DNA of 62,731 bases, the filler included, from Sphacelaria rigidula (taxonomy: Eukaryota): the NCBI GenBank assembly GCA_964200075.2. It is 4 parts of 4 records of this genome, joined end to end, with 100 filler letters (N's around TTAATTAATTAA, not from the genome) between each part and the next. Parts side by side here need not be neighbours in the genome. Positions count along the whole stretch, not along the records: positions 47,130 to 62,731 come from CAXNAA020001677.1; 3 more parts are not named here. The stretch is one strand, 5' to 3'. Made by a program: the position numbers and the translations under genes. Within the stretch, counting starts at the first letter, position 1. Every line of letters begins with the position of its first letter. This document shows, piece after piece, positions 61,540 through 62,731 of this stretch. Below the pieces are notes generated by a model that searched no databases, was not told where the DNA came from, and saw only the letters and a list, made by a program, of their open reading frames with translations.

Positions 61540-62105
61540 ATGAGCTAGCTGATCTGCGGGCGGTAGCTCACTTGTAGTCAAACATGTACATGTGAGCTAT
61601 GCCCGATAGCTCAACACAAGATAAACATGCGCTGATGAGCTACGAGTTGGTAGCTCACCCAGGGCAAACATGCGTAGCTCATACAGCTCTCATAGCTCAC
61701 CCAGGGCGAATATGAGCTGATGAGCTACGGGTTGGTAGCTCACCCAGAGCAAACATGCGTAGCTCATGCAGCTCTCATAGCTCACCCAGGACAAATCTGA
61801 GCTGATGAGCTACGGGTCGGTAGCTCACCTATCGCAAACGTGCGTAGCTCATACAGCTCCCATAGCTCACTCAGGGCGAATATGAGCCGATGAGCTACGA
61901 GTTGGTAGCTCACCCAGGGCAAACATGTGCAGCTCATGTAGCTCTCAGAGCTCAACCGGGGGAAACATATGCGGATGAGCTACGCTCGATAGCTCACCCA
62001 AGGCAAACATGTGTAGCTCACACAGCTCTTGTAGCTCACCCGGGGAAAATATGAGCGGATGAGCTACGCCCGGTAGCTCACCCCAGGGACACATGGTCGT
62101 GGCTC
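61540..62105. repeat. 85-bp tandem satellite rich in AGCTCA
   Basis: GAGCTAC unit starts at 61637, 61722, 61807, 61892, 61977 and 62061 (periods 85, 85, 85, 85, 84). Confidence 0.9.
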
Positions 62106-62549
62106 ACTCACGTCATATGCCTATCTCGCCGCTGGCCAACCCCGTGTCGCTTATGATGTAACATTCTTGTTCAAACGGATGGCGCCACATTTCGTCGGGT
62201 TGTGATGTTTTGCCTCACTCTTTGCGATAGGAAGAAAGAAGCCAACACATATCCTCGTTCGCTTGGTCGGATGGTTAAGAAAAGTGTTAATATTCAGTGT
62301 CTGCAACAATCAACCGATTCATTTCTTTTGATCGGTTAGCCGCGAGGGTGCGAGTCCATCTGGTCATGCATACGTTTTTCAAGTGAAATTGGAGCCGATT
62401 CAACAGATAACTTATGCTCGCCGTCAAGGGGTCAGCCCTTTGACCGCGAGGGTTGGCGATCTGATAAATCAGCATAATTCATGTTATTTTTCGGGTGTGA
62501 ATGATGCCGATTCAGAGACCTCCTACCCTCGCAGTCAAAGGGATGAGCA

Positions 62550-62731
62550 ATTGTAGCTCTCATAGCTCTCATAGCTCATCCAGGACAAATATGTGTAGCT
62601 CATATATCTTTCATAGCTCATCCAGGGCAAACATGTGTAGCTCATGCATCTCTCATAGCTCATCCGGGGCAAACATGCGTAGCTCATGTAGCTCTCATAG
62701 CTCACCCAGGGCGAATCTGAGCTGATGAGCT
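62550..62731. repeat. Second AGCTCA array (~43-bp subunits), runs off the window end
   Basis: Repeated CATAGCTCATCCAGGGCAAACATGYGTAGCT units from the same family as 61540-62105. Confidence 0.85.

Noticed and set aside
61540-62731. CRISPR-like regular palindromic repeats
   Set aside because: The whole unit is repeated, with no unique spacers and no cas genes, in a eukaryotic context.

Overview
Eukaryotic genomic DNA, most likely from a brown alga (Phaeophyceae, Ectocarpus-like). This is inferred from the short exons, kb-scale GT-AG introns, dense MITEs/SINEs and the protein sequences. The window is stitched from at least four contigs by artificial 100-nt N spacers carrying TTAATTAATTAA (15612-15711, 31321-31420, 47030-47129), so adjacency across them is not guaranteed. 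Spliced genes reconstructed by hand: the first two coding exons of a PPM1G-like PP2C phosphatase (-); a methionine synthase reductase (MTRR)-like diflavin reductase (+); a complete 5-exon, 123-aa RPL35 (-), head-to-head with exon 1 of LSm5 (+); a complete 2-coding-exon SUMO (-); and an unknown basic/Ser-rich ORF (-). The most striking observation is that the nine visible MTRR exons splice in frame into ONE protein with TWO tandem FMN/flavodoxin domains. The two domain copies differ by an intron, and splice phases would allow skipping to a single-domain isoform. The rest of the window holds non-autonomous DNA transposons (piggyBac-like, Tc1/mariner-like, Sola-like, hAT-like, foldback), tRNA-derived SINEs, a decayed Cys-rich KDZ/Zisupton-like relic and an 85-bp AGCTCA satellite. 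No database searches were run; family assignments come from motif recognition.
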